Below are positions 36,216 to 46,203 of a stretch of DNA of 64,000 bases, piece after piece (position 1 is the first letter of the stretch; every line of letters starts with the position of its first letter). Made by a program: the position numbers and the translations under genes. The notes beneath the pieces are model-generated. The model saw only the letters and a list, made by a program, of their open reading frames with translations, made no database searches and was not told where the DNA came from. The stretch is from a virus (taxonomy: Duplodnaviria; Caudoviricetes), in the IMG/VR virus record IMGVR_UViG_3300028887_000078; one strand, given 5' to 3'.

Positions 36216-38147
36216 TTATAAGGACAGTCCGCCGTCACCGTTATCTGCACCTCCGCCATTGTTGTTCTGCTTCGGTTCGGGTTTCGTTTTTTCCTCCTTT
36301 TCCTTCTTTTCGGGTTTCCCCGATTTAGGTTCGGGTGCGGTCTTTTCGGGTTCCTGACGCTCGCCTTCCACCTCCGCTTTCTGTGCTTCATCCTTTTCTG
36401 CGGGTTCGCTCACGGAATCCGAATTGCCATTATCATCGGGTTTGCTTTCATCGGAACTGTTTGTGTTGCCATCCTCTGATTTGCCGCTTTCCGACTCATC
36501 GGATTTTTCGTCAGATTTTTCATCATCCCCATTTGAGTTGTCGGACTCATCATCTTTCGTTTCATCACTTTCTGACTTGCTTTCATCATCTTTTGATTCT
36601 TTCCCGTTTTCTTCCTCATCTCCGGACTTTTCTTCATTTGAGGTGTCGGAGTCCTCTGATTTGTTTTCATCGTCCCTTTCGCCTTCTTTTGAGTCCGTAT
36701 CGGATTTGTCGGGTTCATCTTCTTTCTTTTCTTCCGATTTTTCTTCCTCTTTCTTTTCTTCATCCTTTTCTTCGGGTTCTGACTTTTCTTCCTCTTTCTT
36801 TTCTTCATCCTTTTCTTCGGGTTCTGATTTTTCCTCCTTGTGTTCTTCTTCTTTCTTTTCCTCGTGTCCATCATTGTCATCATCGTCACCGTCTTTGATT
36901 TCCTCTCCGATGGACTTCATAAGTTCGGTGAACGACATAACCTTTTTAGTTTCGCTTTCCTCCGCCGCCTGTTCTATTGACTTGTTCATACTTGTCTTCA
37001 TCAGTTCGTCAAAAGTTTTCACCTGCTCATCATTTTCGGACGTGTGCCTCTTTATCGCGGACACTTCATCGTTGAAAGTGTCAATTAGGTCTTTGTCAAA
37101 GATTGACGCGGCACTTGTTGCGTTCGGGTCTTTCTTGTTCATAAACGTTCCGACGATGATTTGGAACGCTGTTGAGAGGTTCGGGTTCTTCGTTAGTATT
37201 TCCGCCGTCTCTTTGTTCGGGATTTTGTCAATGTTCACGGTGAATGACTCCTTCACCGAACCGTTTATGTCCTTCAGTATCTTGTTGTTTTTGTCGACGT
37301 ACATATTGAACAGTCGGCATATCATATCCATATAGCGTTCATCGTCATTGTCGCCTTTCACCTCCACGTCTTTGAGGTCAACGGTTTTCAGGAACGCGAT
37401 GAAGTTGGCGAGCACAATCTCGTTCTCACACCCGTCGTTTGCGCCGAAGTCCCCCTTGTTGCTTTTGATGAGTTCCTCCATATAGGGGTCGACGAGTTTG
37501 GCGCACACGCATTTCTTCGAGTTGGGTTTGTAGAACTTGAATATGAAACTGTCTATTCCTCCGAACCCGTTGCGGTATGCGCTGTGGTTGCTCTGCGGGT
37601 TGAGTATGCTTATGATGTATTGCGAGAACGGCACGCCTTCAGGAACACCTCCGCCGTCCACATATTGTCTTATCCTTTCCTTTTGGATTTCGGTAAGGAA
37701 CCCCTGATACACAGGTTGTGAATAGTCAATCAAAAGTCTTTCCGCCCATTTCTTCAGTGCGTCGGGGTCTTCGATTATCGTGCTGCCTGTGTCTATGCAG
37801 GACAGGATGAGGTTGTTCTGCGGCATATAGTCGTATTCGATGAGGTTCGTGTCGTTTTGCACGAAATACTGCATCCTGAACATCCAACCTTCTGGGAACT
37901 CCCTGTAGAAAATCATACTGACACGCTTTATGTAGTCTATGCCGTCTTGGAAATACGAGTACAGTGCGGAGTTGACCTGTGTGATTTCCTCGTTGTCGCG
38001 ACCTTTGTAGAATTTCAATTCATCACCCCTTCTGCTGAATGACAATGTGGAGGCGTTCAGTTTTTCATAGACTATGACATAGTTGTTCATAATGTCGTCG
38101 AGAAATTCCCTGCCGTTGTCCTGTAATATGTTTTGAATTGATTTCAT
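36216..38147 (-). CDS. Ligase/nucleotidyltransferase-like N-terminal domain fused to a long acidic disordered tail
   Basis: IVYEKLNAS resembles ligase motif I (EKxDGS); about 230 aa of E/K/D/S low-complexity sequence. Confidence 0.55.
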   Translation of the reverse strand: MKSIQNILQDNGREFLDDIMNNYVIVYEKLNASTLSFSRRGDELKFYKGRDNEEITQVNSALYSYFQDGIDYIKRVSMIFYREFPEGWMFRMQYFVQNDTNLIEYDYMPQNNLILSCIDTGSTIIEDPDALKKWAERLLIDYSQPVYQGFLTEIQKERIRQYVDGGGVPEGVPFSQYIISILNPQSNHSAYRNGFGGIDSFIFKFYKPNSKKCVCAKLVDPYMEELIKSNKGDFGANDGCENEIVLANFIAFLKTVDLKDVEVKGDNDDERYMDMICRLFNMYVDKNNKILKDINGSVKESFTVNIDKIPNKETAEILTKNPNLSTAFQIIVGTFMNKKDPNATSAASIFDKDLIDTFNDEVSAIKRHTSENDEQVKTFDELMKTSMNKSIEQAAEESETKKVMSFTELMKSIGEEIKDGDDDDNDGHEEKKEEEHKEEKSEPEEKDEEKKEEEKSEPEEKDEEKKEEEKSEEKKEDEPDKSDTDSKEGERDDENKSEDSDTSNEEKSGDEEENGKESKDDESKSESDETKDDESDNSNGDDEKSDEKSDESESGKSEDGNTNSSDESKPDDNGNSDSVSEPAEKDEAQKAEVEGERQEPEKTAPEPKSGKPEKKEKEEKTKPEPKQNNNGGGADNGDGGLSL

Positions 38148-38208
38148 CGTTGTAATTTTTTCGCTGTTTTTTGTTATATTTATAAATGTAGAGAAAAAAC
38201 AACTGAAA

Positions 38209-38655
38209 ATGAAAACTTCATCAGGAATAATTGCGTATTCTGTGAAAAACGGAAAACTTCTTTTTCTTGCAGGGCATCCAGGCGGGTGCAGGGGTGACTA
38301 TTGGACTATGTTCAAAGGCGAATGCGCGGACGGGGAGGAACTTGCCGAAACCGCCGTCAGGGAGTTCTGTGAGGAAACTGGAATTGAACTCGGAGGAGAG
38401 GCGATAACGGACATTGTCTATCTCGGTTGCGTGAAACAGAGCAACCACAAGAGAGTCCACGCGTTTGCATTGGAGGTTGACTATGACGGCATAGACCTGT
38501 CCGCCTGCCATTCCAACAAGGCGGACAACTGCGATTGGGACGAGATTGACCGATACGCTTGGTTTGATTATGACGGCATCGTTTCAAGGACGCACAGGAC
38601 GCATAAAATCTTTTATGACAAAATATCAAACAATTATAACAAATGGAAACGATAA
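38209..38655 (+). CDS. NUDIX hydrolase
   Basis: KGE...GE.L.ETAVREFCEETG Nudix box; HPGG; EIDR..WF. Confidence 0.9.
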   Translation: MKTSSGIIAYSVKNGKLLFLAGHPGGCRGDYWTMFKGECADGEELAETAVREFCEETGIELGGEAITDIVYLGCVKQSNHKRVHAFALEVDYDGIDLSACHSNKADNCDWDEIDRYAWFDYDGIVSRTHRTHKIFYDKISNNYNKWKR

Positions 38656-38993
38656 CGACAAACAATCTTACATACAACAATTTCGTGTCGGTAAGACCGC
38701 TGACCGAGGAGGAGGCGCGCAAGGTCTATTCAAAGATGAAAAAGGAGAAACTCATAGAGATGCTCATCGCCTGCAACAAGTTGGTTGATTCCCTGTATGC
38801 CGAATTGGGCAGGAGGGAACATCCTTTTCCGGGATACGAATACCACAACCTCGACTGCACGGATTGGGCGCATTGCAGGAATCCGCAGATGGACTGTGTG
38901 AACTGTCCACTGCGCGCGTTGCCGAGCGATTATATAATAAAACCGTCAACGATTGGCACTGGCGCGACAGACAATTTGGGGACTTTGAAATAA
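38643..38993 (+). CDS. Hypothetical Cys-cluster protein
   Basis: C....HC......C..CP. Confidence 0.6.
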   Translation: METITTNNLTYNNFVSVRPLTEEEARKVYSKMKKEKLIEMLIACNKLVDSLYAELGRREHPFPGYEYHNLDCTDWAHCRNPQMDCVNCPLRALPSDYIIKPSTIGTGATDNLGTLK

Positions 38994-39032
38994 GACTGTG
39001 TATAAATAGATTGTAACGACAATCACAAAAAA

Positions 39033-39671
39033 ATGAGTGAAACGGCAGACAAAATAGAGAGTTTGGTGAATGATTTCAGCGACAGTGTTGCTGAAAACAT
39101 TGTTGACGACAACACCCTTGTGTTCACCGCACAGGACGCGGAGGCGGCAAGGAAGGCGCGCGAGGAACGGGACTTGGAGGCGAAGATGCGCACGATTGAC
39201 GCAAAGCGTGCTGCGGACGACCTTGTCAAGTCTGCGAAGGAACTGTATACAAAGACTTCCGACATTGACTACATCAGGTTCAAAGGCGAGGCGGACGCGG
39301 ACTCTCTTGGGAAAATCATATTCCAAATCGACGTGGTGGAGGACGCAATCAGGAGCGTGTCGGAGAAAATATCCGACGGGGACGACAACCCCGCATACCA
39401 CAAGTCGCTTTGTGAACTTGAAAAGACATTGCTCGAATTGCTGAAGACAAAGAACTCGTATTTGCAGAGCATAGAGGATTCGTTCAAGCAAATCAACAAC
39501 GATGTTGAAATGAGTGCCGCAATAGAGGTGGTCGGGGATGATGAAGGTTCAACGCTCACCGCGAAGGCGAAGAACGGCAAAGACCTTATGCGCCTGATAA
39601 ACGAGGCGAGCGACCGAATGAAAAAGGAATTGAAGAACGCTCCGCAGGAAGACGCGCAGAATTTGTTTTAA
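39033..39671 (+). CDS. Late helical protein, possible small terminase subunit
   Basis: Helix-GDDNPAYH-helix recalls the T4 gp16 HPR.yE turn; TATAAATA at 39001. Confidence 0.4.
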   Translation: MSETADKIESLVNDFSDSVAENIVDDNTLVFTAQDAEAARKAREERDLEAKMRTIDAKRAADDLVKSAKELYTKTSDIDYIRFKGEADADSLGKIIFQIDVVEDAIRSVSEKISDGDDNPAYHKSLCELEKTLLELLKTKNSYLQSIEDSFKQINNDVEMSAAIEVVGDDEGSTLTAKAKNGKDLMRLINEASDRMKKELKNAPQEDAQNLF

Positions 39672-39691
39672 CCACTTAAACCAAAAGTGAT

Positions 39692-40045
39692 ATGGAAAAC
39701 TTTTATGAAACTTTTTTGGAAGAAAAAGGATTGAAAACCGTGGACTGCTTCATAGTTCAACGTGAAACCTACAATGAAATGTGCAACGGTCTCACAATAA
39801 CAATTTCTGAAGGCGTGTTCACGGATGCAAAACTCGCGGATGAATTTGCTGAAAAATTATTTTTTGACGAAATAAACAACGACAGTTTCGTTAAAAACGA
39901 AATTGTTGAAAAACGGGAGGTCGACAAAACAACTTCCTATTTCAAGGCATATATGAAAAACGGCAATACACTGACCGTATATGTTGACAGCGCGGAGAAT
40001 TTCGTACAGGACGACAGAAACGATGCAAACATAATATCTTGGTGA
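39692..40045 (+). CDS. Hypothetical protein
   Basis: 117-aa ORF in operon. Confidence 0.65.
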   Translation: MENFYETFLEEKGLKTVDCFIVQRETYNEMCNGLTITISEGVFTDAKLADEFAEKLFFDEINNDSFVKNEIVEKREVDKTTSYFKAYMKNGNTLTVYVDSAENFVQDDRNDANIISW

Positions 40046-40046
40046 T

Positions 40047-40298
40047 ATGGACGTGACGATGAAGAACGGGTACGTTATGATTAAGGACGTGCCGCAGGAA
40101 GAAAGGAGAACGGAGTCGGGACTGATACTCCCGAAGGCAAAGTACAACCGAATCGCGGAGATTGTCGCGGTGTGCGAGGGGTCGAAGTTCAATGTCGGCG
40201 ATGTCATCATAAAACCGATTGGTCGCAGCACACCCGTCACGATTGACGGCGTGGACTACGAGTGCATAAAGGAGGACATCGTTTTCGCGAAGTTATAA
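40047..40298 (+). CDS. groES: GroES-like co-chaperonin
   Basis: ERRTESGLILP mobile loop, AEIVAV.EG, VGD.I, E.DI.A. Confidence 0.88.
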   Translation: MDVTMKNGYVMIKDVPQEERRTESGLILPKAKYNRIAEIVAVCEGSKFNVGDVIIKPIGRSTPVTIDGVDYECIKEDIVFAKL

Positions 40299-40308
40299 AT
40301 ATTGAATT

Positions 40309-40881
40309 ATGATGGAATTGGTGACATATAAACTGATAATCGACCTGTTCGACCATCTGCGCGCGTACAGTATGGAACTTGTGTCCGTGCAGATTTACAA
40401 ATGGAAGAAAACGACAGGTCAGTATCAGTATTATACCTTCAGTTCCTATGACGAACTCTATGACTTCTACATCGACAACTACTACCCCTTTGACATCTGC
40501 GCTTGGTTCGGCGACATTTGGGCGGTGAACAAGTTCACCGTGCAGACGCAACTCGACCCGACATACACGATGTCGATGTCCGCATTCGACGTGAACGGAA
40601 ACGCCTATGTGCAGGACACCTCCCAATACGACACTGACAGAATCGGGGCGTGGGCGCCGTCGAAGGAAAGGCAAATATCGTTCCTTGAGATGACTGTCGG
40701 CGAGTATTCGGCATATTATCAGGAGTTGTACGGCATATACCTGACAGGTGTGTATTCGGTATGCTACGCGGTGCCTGGCTGGACGGAACACACCACCGTC
40801 CTGCAAAGTTACAGGGATATGCTTTTTGGAAATGAAAACAATGAAGGCAACGGCGGTTTCAGCGCCGTGGTGTTCGATTAA
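40309..40881 (+). CDS. Late aromatic-rich hypothetical protein
   Basis: 190 aa, Tyr/Trp-rich; TATAAATA upstream. Confidence 0.6.
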   Translation: MMELVTYKLIIDLFDHLRAYSMELVSVQIYKWKKTTGQYQYYTFSSYDELYDFYIDNYYPFDICAWFGDIWAVNKFTVQTQLDPTYTMSMSAFDVNGNAYVQDTSQYDTDRIGAWAPSKERQISFLEMTVGEYSAYYQELYGIYLTGVYSVCYAVPGWTEHTTVLQSYRDMLFGNENNEGNGGFSAVVFD

Positions 40882-40892
40882 ACTATTTTGGT

Positions 40893-41180
40893 ATGTTAGA
40901 CGAAAAAATGGAAAAATTGAAGGAGTTTGTGGAAACTTCAACCGATGAAATGATGAACCTGCTTCTTGTGTCACTGATTTCATCCGACAACATTATGTGC
41001 GCAGACGACTGCAAAAAGTCACTTGAGTTTTCAAAAGTCCTTCGGGTTGCGGTGAAACACGCGGACATCCCAGATGAAAAGAAACAGATATATCTTGAAT
41101 ATATCGCAAAGGGCGAGAACATTCTCAACCAAGACCTTGAACATTTCAAACAAGAAACCGACAAACAGCAGGAACAATGA
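40893..41180 (+). CDS. Hypothetical protein
   Basis: 95-aa ORF, ATGA-coupled to the next gene. Confidence 0.65.
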   Translation: MLDEKMEKLKEFVETSTDEMMNLLLVSLISSDNIMCADDCKKSLEFSKVLRVAVKHADIPDEKKQIYLEYIAKGENILNQDLEHFKQETDKQQEQ

Positions 41181-41902
41181 AACACGAACCGAAAATAATA
41201 GTACTGCCCGACATACACGGCAGGAAGTTTTGGATGGACGTGATGGACAACGACTGTGAAATCGTCTTTCTCGGTGACTATCTTGACCCATACCAGCACG
41301 AGGGCATAACGAAAGTGGACGCAATCGAGAACTTCGAGCGCATCATTGAGTTTGCAAAGTCCAATCCAAAAGTGCACCTCCTTTACGGCAACCACGACTG
41401 TGAGTATTCAATCGGAAAGGAAGTCTGCAACTGCCGTTGTGACAATGCGAACTATGACTATATAAGGAACCTTTTCGTAACAAATGAAAACCTGTTCGAG
41501 TTCGTGCATACTGCGGAGGTGAACGGCAGGAAGTTTGTGTTCTCGCACGCGGGATTCCATCCGAGATGGGTTGCACGGCACGGCATAACGCCTGAAACGG
41601 TGAACGGTGTCCGAAACGACAAAACCGCTTGGTTGAAGTTCGTGTCCGCATTGTGCGACGTGTCGAGAATGAGAGGGGGGTGGTCGCCCGCCGGGTCTAT
41701 GATTTGGTCTGACATCCGTGAATATGACGGTACGCCCATTGATTTCGACTACGAACAGGTTGTCGGTCACACCTATCTTATGGACAGACCAATCGGAAAT
41801 GACAAGATAACCTGCATCGACCTGCAACGTCCGTTTATGGTGTGTGGGGACGGTGTTCTCCGTGAAATGGACGGGAATGACATTGACAAAATAATCATTT
41901 AG
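41177..41902 (+). CDS. Calcineurin-like metallophosphoesterase
   Basis: DIHG, GDYLD, GNHD, HAG, GHT. Confidence 0.93.
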   Translation: MKHEPKIIVLPDIHGRKFWMDVMDNDCEIVFLGDYLDPYQHEGITKVDAIENFERIIEFAKSNPKVHLLYGNHDCEYSIGKEVCNCRCDNANYDYIRNLFVTNENLFEFVHTAEVNGRKFVFSHAGFHPRWVARHGITPETVNGVRNDKTAWLKFVSALCDVSRMRGGWSPAGSMIWSDIREYDGTPIDFDYEQVVGHTYLMDRPIGNDKITCIDLQRPFMVCGDGVLREMDGNDIDKIII

Positions 41903-41905
41903 ACT

Positions 41906-42244
41906 ATGAATACCACTGACAACGAAATTGAAGAAAAGACACTTGCTATAGACAAGGGTATGGACGAGTTCTGTGAAAGTATGCACACGAACATTTCCGA
42001 AACACTCAAACTGTGGGGCGACGTTCTCATAGAGGGTTGCGAACACGGATGGTGCAAAAAAATGAAATTCGACGACAGGGATATTTACTATGCTATGAAA
42101 ATGCTTATTGCAATATGTGAGAACAAGGCAAGAAAAGAAGGCGTTGAAATCAATGAAGTTTCAGATGAAATGTCTGTGCGTGAGTTTATTATGTCGCATT
42201 TCGGATTCATTTTCGATTGGAAACCCGAAACACAGGACGTATAA
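41906..42244 (+). CDS. Hypothetical protein
   Basis: 112-aa ORF in operon. Confidence 0.65.
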   Translation: MNTTDNEIEEKTLAIDKGMDEFCESMHTNISETLKLWGDVLIEGCEHGWCKKMKFDDRDIYYAMKMLIAICENKARKEGVEINEVSDEMSVREFIMSHFGFIFDWKPETQDV

Positions 42245-42392
42245 ATATATAGTGAAAAAAAAATTTTCACACACTTGTAAAAAAGCATATTGTTTTTGTT
42301 ATATTAAATCATATCAATCACAAATCAACTGAAAAAAAAAAGCGCGTTTTTTTTATATTTTAACCTATTGAAGAACATTAAAAAAAATTATT

Positions 42393-43289
42393 ATGAACTT
42401 AAAAGATTTAGATTTAAGCAGTGTAATTAACAACATTCCTGAAAACTTGGAAGATATGACGCTTTCCGCGCCGAAGCAGAGTAAGGACGAAAACATCTAT
42501 TCAATCAGTCTCCGCAAGGAAAACCTTACAAGCGGAACCTACAAGGCGAGAATCAGATTCCTCCCCAACTTGGAAAACATCAAGGAAAGCATCATCGCAA
42601 AGATTAACTATTGGTTGACCGACGCCAACAAAGAAAACGGTTTCTACGTCGATTCTCCGAAAAGTATCGGCGAGGACTGCCCTATCTCGAAGACGTATTT
42701 CAAATACAAGGACTCCACCAATCCTGTCGAGCAGAGATATGCTGAAATGCTCAAGATGAACAGACAGTATTTTTCATACGTTCAGATTTTGCAGGATTCC
42801 CAGCATCCGGAACTCGAAGGTCGTGTTATGATTTTCCGCTACGGCACTAAAATCAATGAAAAGATTTCGGAAGAAATGAACGACAAGGATGACGGCGGAA
42901 ACCCGTTCGACCTTATGAACGGACGTGAGTTCAAAATCGAGGTGAAGATGGTTGGTGGTTTCCAAAATTATGATTCCTGCAAATTTGTGGGCGTACGCAC
43001 GCCTGTCACTGTTGACGGAAAGGTATTGGACGCGAACAACCTCAAACTTCTTGAGAAGTTGTACGCAGACGCTCCAGACATCAAGAACTACAAGTTCAAA
43101 CCGTGGACTGCCGAAACCACAGAACGTGTGTATGCAAACCTCAAGACCTACACCAAAGGTTTCACTCCTACTGCAATCGAAAACGCAATGAAACAGGAAA
43201 CGGATGACGATGATGTCAAGTCGCCTGTTGACACAAAGACTTTCGATACAGACGAAACCGATGACTTTCTTGACGGCATCAATCTGTAA
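42393..43289 (+). CDS. ssDNA-binding protein (T4 gp32-like)
   Basis: ARIRFLP, S..SIGE.CP, HPE.EG.V..F.YG.KI, NPFD...G..F, NYD...F, acidic tail. Confidence 0.92.
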   Translation: MNLKDLDLSSVINNIPENLEDMTLSAPKQSKDENIYSISLRKENLTSGTYKARIRFLPNLENIKESIIAKINYWLTDANKENGFYVDSPKSIGEDCPISKTYFKYKDSTNPVEQRYAEMLKMNRQYFSYVQILQDSQHPELEGRVMIFRYGTKINEKISEEMNDKDDGGNPFDLMNGREFKIEVKMVGGFQNYDSCKFVGVRTPVTVDGKVLDANNLKLLEKLYADAPDIKNYKFKPWTAETTERVYANLKTYTKGFTPTAIENAMKQETDDDDVKSPVDTKTFDTDETDDFLDGINL

Positions 43290-43370
43290 CGTCTTATCCA
43301 TTAAATAACCCGCTTCTTGGAACGGGGTGTGTATGCACCCCGTTCGGAGGGGCAAAAAACCAAAATTGAA

Positions 43371-44084
43371 ATGAGTTCAAACACTGAAAAAGAAAACAAG
43401 GCAGTTGCCGAAGAAGTGAAAGAAGTTGTTGAGACCGAAGTCAACGCAAATGGTGCCACTATGAATGTAGATGAACAAGACAAAGGTGGCACTGACGCAA
43501 CCCCTCTCCAAAAGAAAAGCGACCTCATCAAGGAGCAGATTGAACTTGAAAAGCAGTATGAGGACGGAACCGTCACTATGCTTGAAGAAACCTACTCTGT
43601 GAAAATCGGTTCAAAGGGAAATTTCGACAGACTTGTCAAGATGGTTGAACACGACTTTGAGTTCAACTACAACACGGCAACTGGTCTCGCGCTGCTTTAC
43701 TCCAACCTCAAACAGCAGAAACCTTTCACCCGTGAGGAGGAATGGAACGGGAACATCTTCCTGAAAACTTCAAGTTGCCTTATGATGTGGCAGTTTATCA
43801 CCACCTATAAGGGAACGGGTTTCTTTGACGCGAGAGCGTTCTTGGAGATGATACAGTTCGTGGGTCCAGAACTCTCAAAGCACGTCCGCACCATCAATGA
43901 CAAACAGAAGGCATTGCGCGGACTCCACCTCCGCCTTGATGAAATCGACAACCTCCTTGACGCAGGAAAGTATGAAAACGACCTGACCGAAGATGAGGAA
44001 AAGAAACTTGTCGAGGAACTGAAAAACGTCATCAAGAAAGAGCGTGAAATTGAGGACGAGGTAAACCCTGAAGTCCAACTTTAG
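43371..44084 (+). CDS. Hypothetical acidic helical protein
   Basis: Start MSSNTEK at 43371, preceded by a strong hairpin at 43320-43345. Confidence 0.65.
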   Translation: MSSNTEKENKAVAEEVKEVVETEVNANGATMNVDEQDKGGTDATPLQKKSDLIKEQIELEKQYEDGTVTMLEETYSVKIGSKGNFDRLVKMVEHDFEFNYNTATGLALLYSNLKQQKPFTREEEWNGNIFLKTSSCLMMWQFITTYKGTGFFDARAFLEMIQFVGPELSKHVRTINDKQKALRGLHLRLDEIDNLLDAGKYENDLTEDEEKKLVEELKNVIKKEREIEDEVNPEVQL

Positions 44085-44202
44085 TTGTGTATTCTTCTTG
44101 TTTTTCATATTACTTTTTTGAGTGGGGGGTTGGGGTTTTTCAATCCCCCATTTTTATAAATATCTGAAAATGTTAAAAATATAAAGAATTTACAAAGAAT
44201 TT

Positions 44203-45720
44203 ATGATAGTTAATTTGAATGATGACAAAAGGTTTTTCGTTGTGAGCGATTGTTCGCAGACGGAGTATGACCAACTGAAGTTTGCATACACGAAAAAAGT
44301 TGATGGATACCGCCACAACCCTCTGTTCAAGAAGAAACTGTGGGACGGCAACATATCCTTCATATACGGCGCGAGCATTCCTTCAGGGACTTGGTCTTAT
44401 CTTATGGACACCGCAAAGACCTGCGGTTGGGAACTTGAAATCAACGGCATTGAGAGACTGTTTGACTGCGACATCACAATGGAATCCTATAAGGAATGGG
44501 TTGACGGGTTTTTCAACGGCACCAAATTCACTCCGAGAGACTATCAGATTGAAGCAGCATACAACATATTGAAATACAAGAAGAGCATTTCGGAACTCGC
44601 CACCTCTGCCGGTAAGACTCTCATTTGCTTTATGGTGATTGCATATTTGCTTGACAACAAAATCATAAACGGAAAAATCCTGATGATTGTACCGACCGTG
44701 CAACTTGTCTTGCAGTCGGCGGGCGACTTTGAGGAATACAACACCGACAAACTGCCGATAAAGATACAGCAGATTTATGCAGGGTTCAAGGAAAAACCTG
44801 ACAACAACATATATGTCGGCACATTCCAAACATTGACAAAAATGCCGCCTGAATGGTTCAGTCAGTTCGGTTGCGTGATTGTCGACGAAACCCACAGGGC
44901 GAATGCCAAAAGCATAAAGGACATCCTTGAGCACTGTTGGCACTGCGACTACCGTTTCGGGGTATCGGGAACCCTCCCGAACAAAAAGACAGCGGATTGG
45001 TTGACGCTTTTGACGTATCTCGGTCCGCTTGTCACGGAGGTGAAGGCGAAGGAATTGCAGGACACAGGATACATATCCAACTGCGACATTGTTCAAATCC
45101 GTATGGACTATGTGTCGGAACAGAAGAAGGGTGAGTTCGCCGCCGCGTACAAAATGTTTATGCAGTCGAAAAACGGAAAGGACGCGTTCAATCTCGAAAG
45201 GGCGTACATCATAGAGAACGAGAAACGCTTCAAGTTCATAGCAGGCATCATATCCAAGACCACAAAGAACACACTCGTTCTTTTCCACCGCATCATCTAC
45301 GGAAAAAAGATATTCAAGTATCTGAAGGAACACTGCACCGACAAACGTGTATACTACATTGACGGAGACATAGACAAGGACATTCGGAAAGAAATAACCA
45401 ACCGTATGGACAAGTATGACGACGTGATACTTGTGGCGAGTTTCGCCACGCTTTCAACAGGTGTCAGCGTGAACCACATCTACAATGTCATATTCACGGA
45501 GAGTTTCAAGTCGCCGTTTGTCATCATTCAGTCAATCGGCAGAAGTCTGCGTCTGAAAGACAAGGAAAACACGGAGAAAAACAGGGCGACCATCATAGAC
45601 CTTGTGGACGATTTCAGGTGCGGAAAATATACAAACTATCTGTACAGGCACGGACTTGACAGAATGCGACTTTACAAGGAACAACAATATCCTGTATCTA
45701 TAAGAAAAGTGAAATTTTAA
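44203..45720 (+). CDS. uvsW: UvsW-like SF2 DNA helicase
   Basis: WDG.I, PRDYQ, ATSAGKT, VPT..LV.Q, DETH, SGT, QSIGR.LR. Confidence 0.92.
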   Translation: MIVNLNDDKRFFVVSDCSQTEYDQLKFAYTKKVDGYRHNPLFKKKLWDGNISFIYGASIPSGTWSYLMDTAKTCGWELEINGIERLFDCDITMESYKEWVDGFFNGTKFTPRDYQIEAAYNILKYKKSISELATSAGKTLICFMVIAYLLDNKIINGKILMIVPTVQLVLQSAGDFEEYNTDKLPIKIQQIYAGFKEKPDNNIYVGTFQTLTKMPPEWFSQFGCVIVDETHRANAKSIKDILEHCWHCDYRFGVSGTLPNKKTADWLTLLTYLGPLVTEVKAKELQDTGYISNCDIVQIRMDYVSEQKKGEFAAAYKMFMQSKNGKDAFNLERAYIIENEKRFKFIAGIISKTTKNTLVLFHRIIYGKKIFKYLKEHCTDKRVYYIDGDIDKDIRKEITNRMDKYDDVILVASFATLSTGVSVNHIYNVIFTESFKSPFVIIQSIGRSLRLKDKENTEKNRATIIDLVDDFRCGKYTNYLYRHGLDRMRLYKEQQYPVSIRKVKF

Positions 45721-46190
45721 TGAGTATGGAAAACATTGACAAAATAAAAAACCTAATCGGATTGGAACTGTCCGACATCGAGGCGCAGACTATTGACAGA
45801 TGGTATCAGGAACACCCTTCCTGCACACACGGGGCATACCTTTCAATGATTAAGGAAATCAAGAAAAAGGACATAAACGAACTTATGAAGAAAAGAAGGG
45901 ACTTTTTCTATTCATTGCCTTCAAAGGTGTTCGTGTCAAAAAAGGGGTTCAGCGTCACATACTATGTGTTTGACCAATGCAATTTCGAGTATTCGGAATA
46001 CGACGGTTGGAACTGCGATACCATAACATTTGACATCGTTGGCGACAGAATCGCATCGTTCAGAACAGGAAAACTTTTTGTGTCGATGGCAAACTGTTCA
46101 ATGTTCGAGTCTATGAAGGAAAGTACCATTGATGAAATCGACAATCTTTCAAAACAAATCTATCAAAATATCAAAAACATAATCTGTTAA
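45720..46190 (+). CDS. Hypothetical protein
   Basis: 156-aa coupled ORF. Confidence 0.65.
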   Translation: MSMENIDKIKNLIGLELSDIEAQTIDRWYQEHPSCTHGAYLSMIKEIKKKDINELMKKRRDFFYSLPSKVFVSKKGFSVTYYVFDQCNFEYSEYDGWNCDTITFDIVGDRIASFRTGKLFVSMANCSMFESMKESTIDEIDNLSKQIYQNIKNIIC

Positions 46191-46203
46191 AAAACAAAAG
46201 TTT

